Shown in pieces: positions 63,897 to 64,000 of a stretch of 64,000 nucleotides of DNA; position 1 is the first letter of the stretch; the number at the start of each line of letters is the position of its first letter. Under the pieces are notes generated by a model. That model had not been told where the DNA came from and did not search any database. It was given only the letters and a program-made list of their open reading frames with translations. The translations under genes were made by a program, and so were the position numbers. Source of the DNA: Escherichia phage muut. Location of the stretch: sequence record NC_052657.1. One strand, 5' to 3'.

Positions 63897-63907
63897 AGGG
63901 GAAGAAA

Positions 63908-64000
63908 ATGCTTACAGATGATGAATATAAAGCTATCCAGGAAAAACTAACGGAGCTTGAAATTCTTGCTGTCAATATTAAAGATCAATCACATGCTGGA
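63908..64000 (+). CDS. hypothetical protein, 5' part (3' end outside window)
   Basis: ATG with AAGGGGAAG RBS; open to window end. Confidence 0.4.
   Translation, partial: MLTDDEYKAIQEKLTELEILAVNIKDQSHAG

Noticed and set aside
1-64000. tRNA genes (T4-type phages often carry a tRNA cluster near lysozyme)
   Set aside because: Reading the intergenic regions found no cloverleaf-compatible sequence and no conserved T-loop (GGTTCGAAT-like) or D-loop motif; not run through a tRNA scanner.

Overview
This window looks like part of a virulent dsDNA phage genome of the T4-like superfamily (low GC, dense short genes, T4-type lysozyme, aerobic and anaerobic ribonucleotide reductases, PhoH). Layout: a rightward block (1-19.9 kb) with nrdA (3' part), nrdB, a complete dTDP-L-rhamnose operon (rmlBADC), glutaredoxin, lysozyme, PhoH, Dam and Dcm methyltransferases, a serine recombinase, a PPP phosphatase, an HNH-AP2 homing endonuclease and a Sir2-like protein; a leftward block of small genes (20.0-32.0 kb); a 1.5 kb ORF-free repeat-rich region (32.0-33.5 kb); a second leftward block (33.5-42.6 kb) in which nearly every gene is preceded by a sigma70-like promoter plus GC-rich stem-loop; a second repeat-rich non-coding region (43.0-43.8 kb); a leftward block with a NADAR-domain protein and a P-loop ATPase (43.8-48.3 kb); and a rightward block (48.4-64 kb) ending with a UvrD-like helicase split by a 346-aa intein, nrdD, nrdG and a second copy of the P-loop ATPase. 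All calls rest on motif reading of the supplied translations and the sequence; no database search was run. Several ORF-track starts were moved to the first start codon with a Shine-Dalgarno match downstream of the hairpin. Promoter, hairpin and repeat coordinates are approximate to a few nt.
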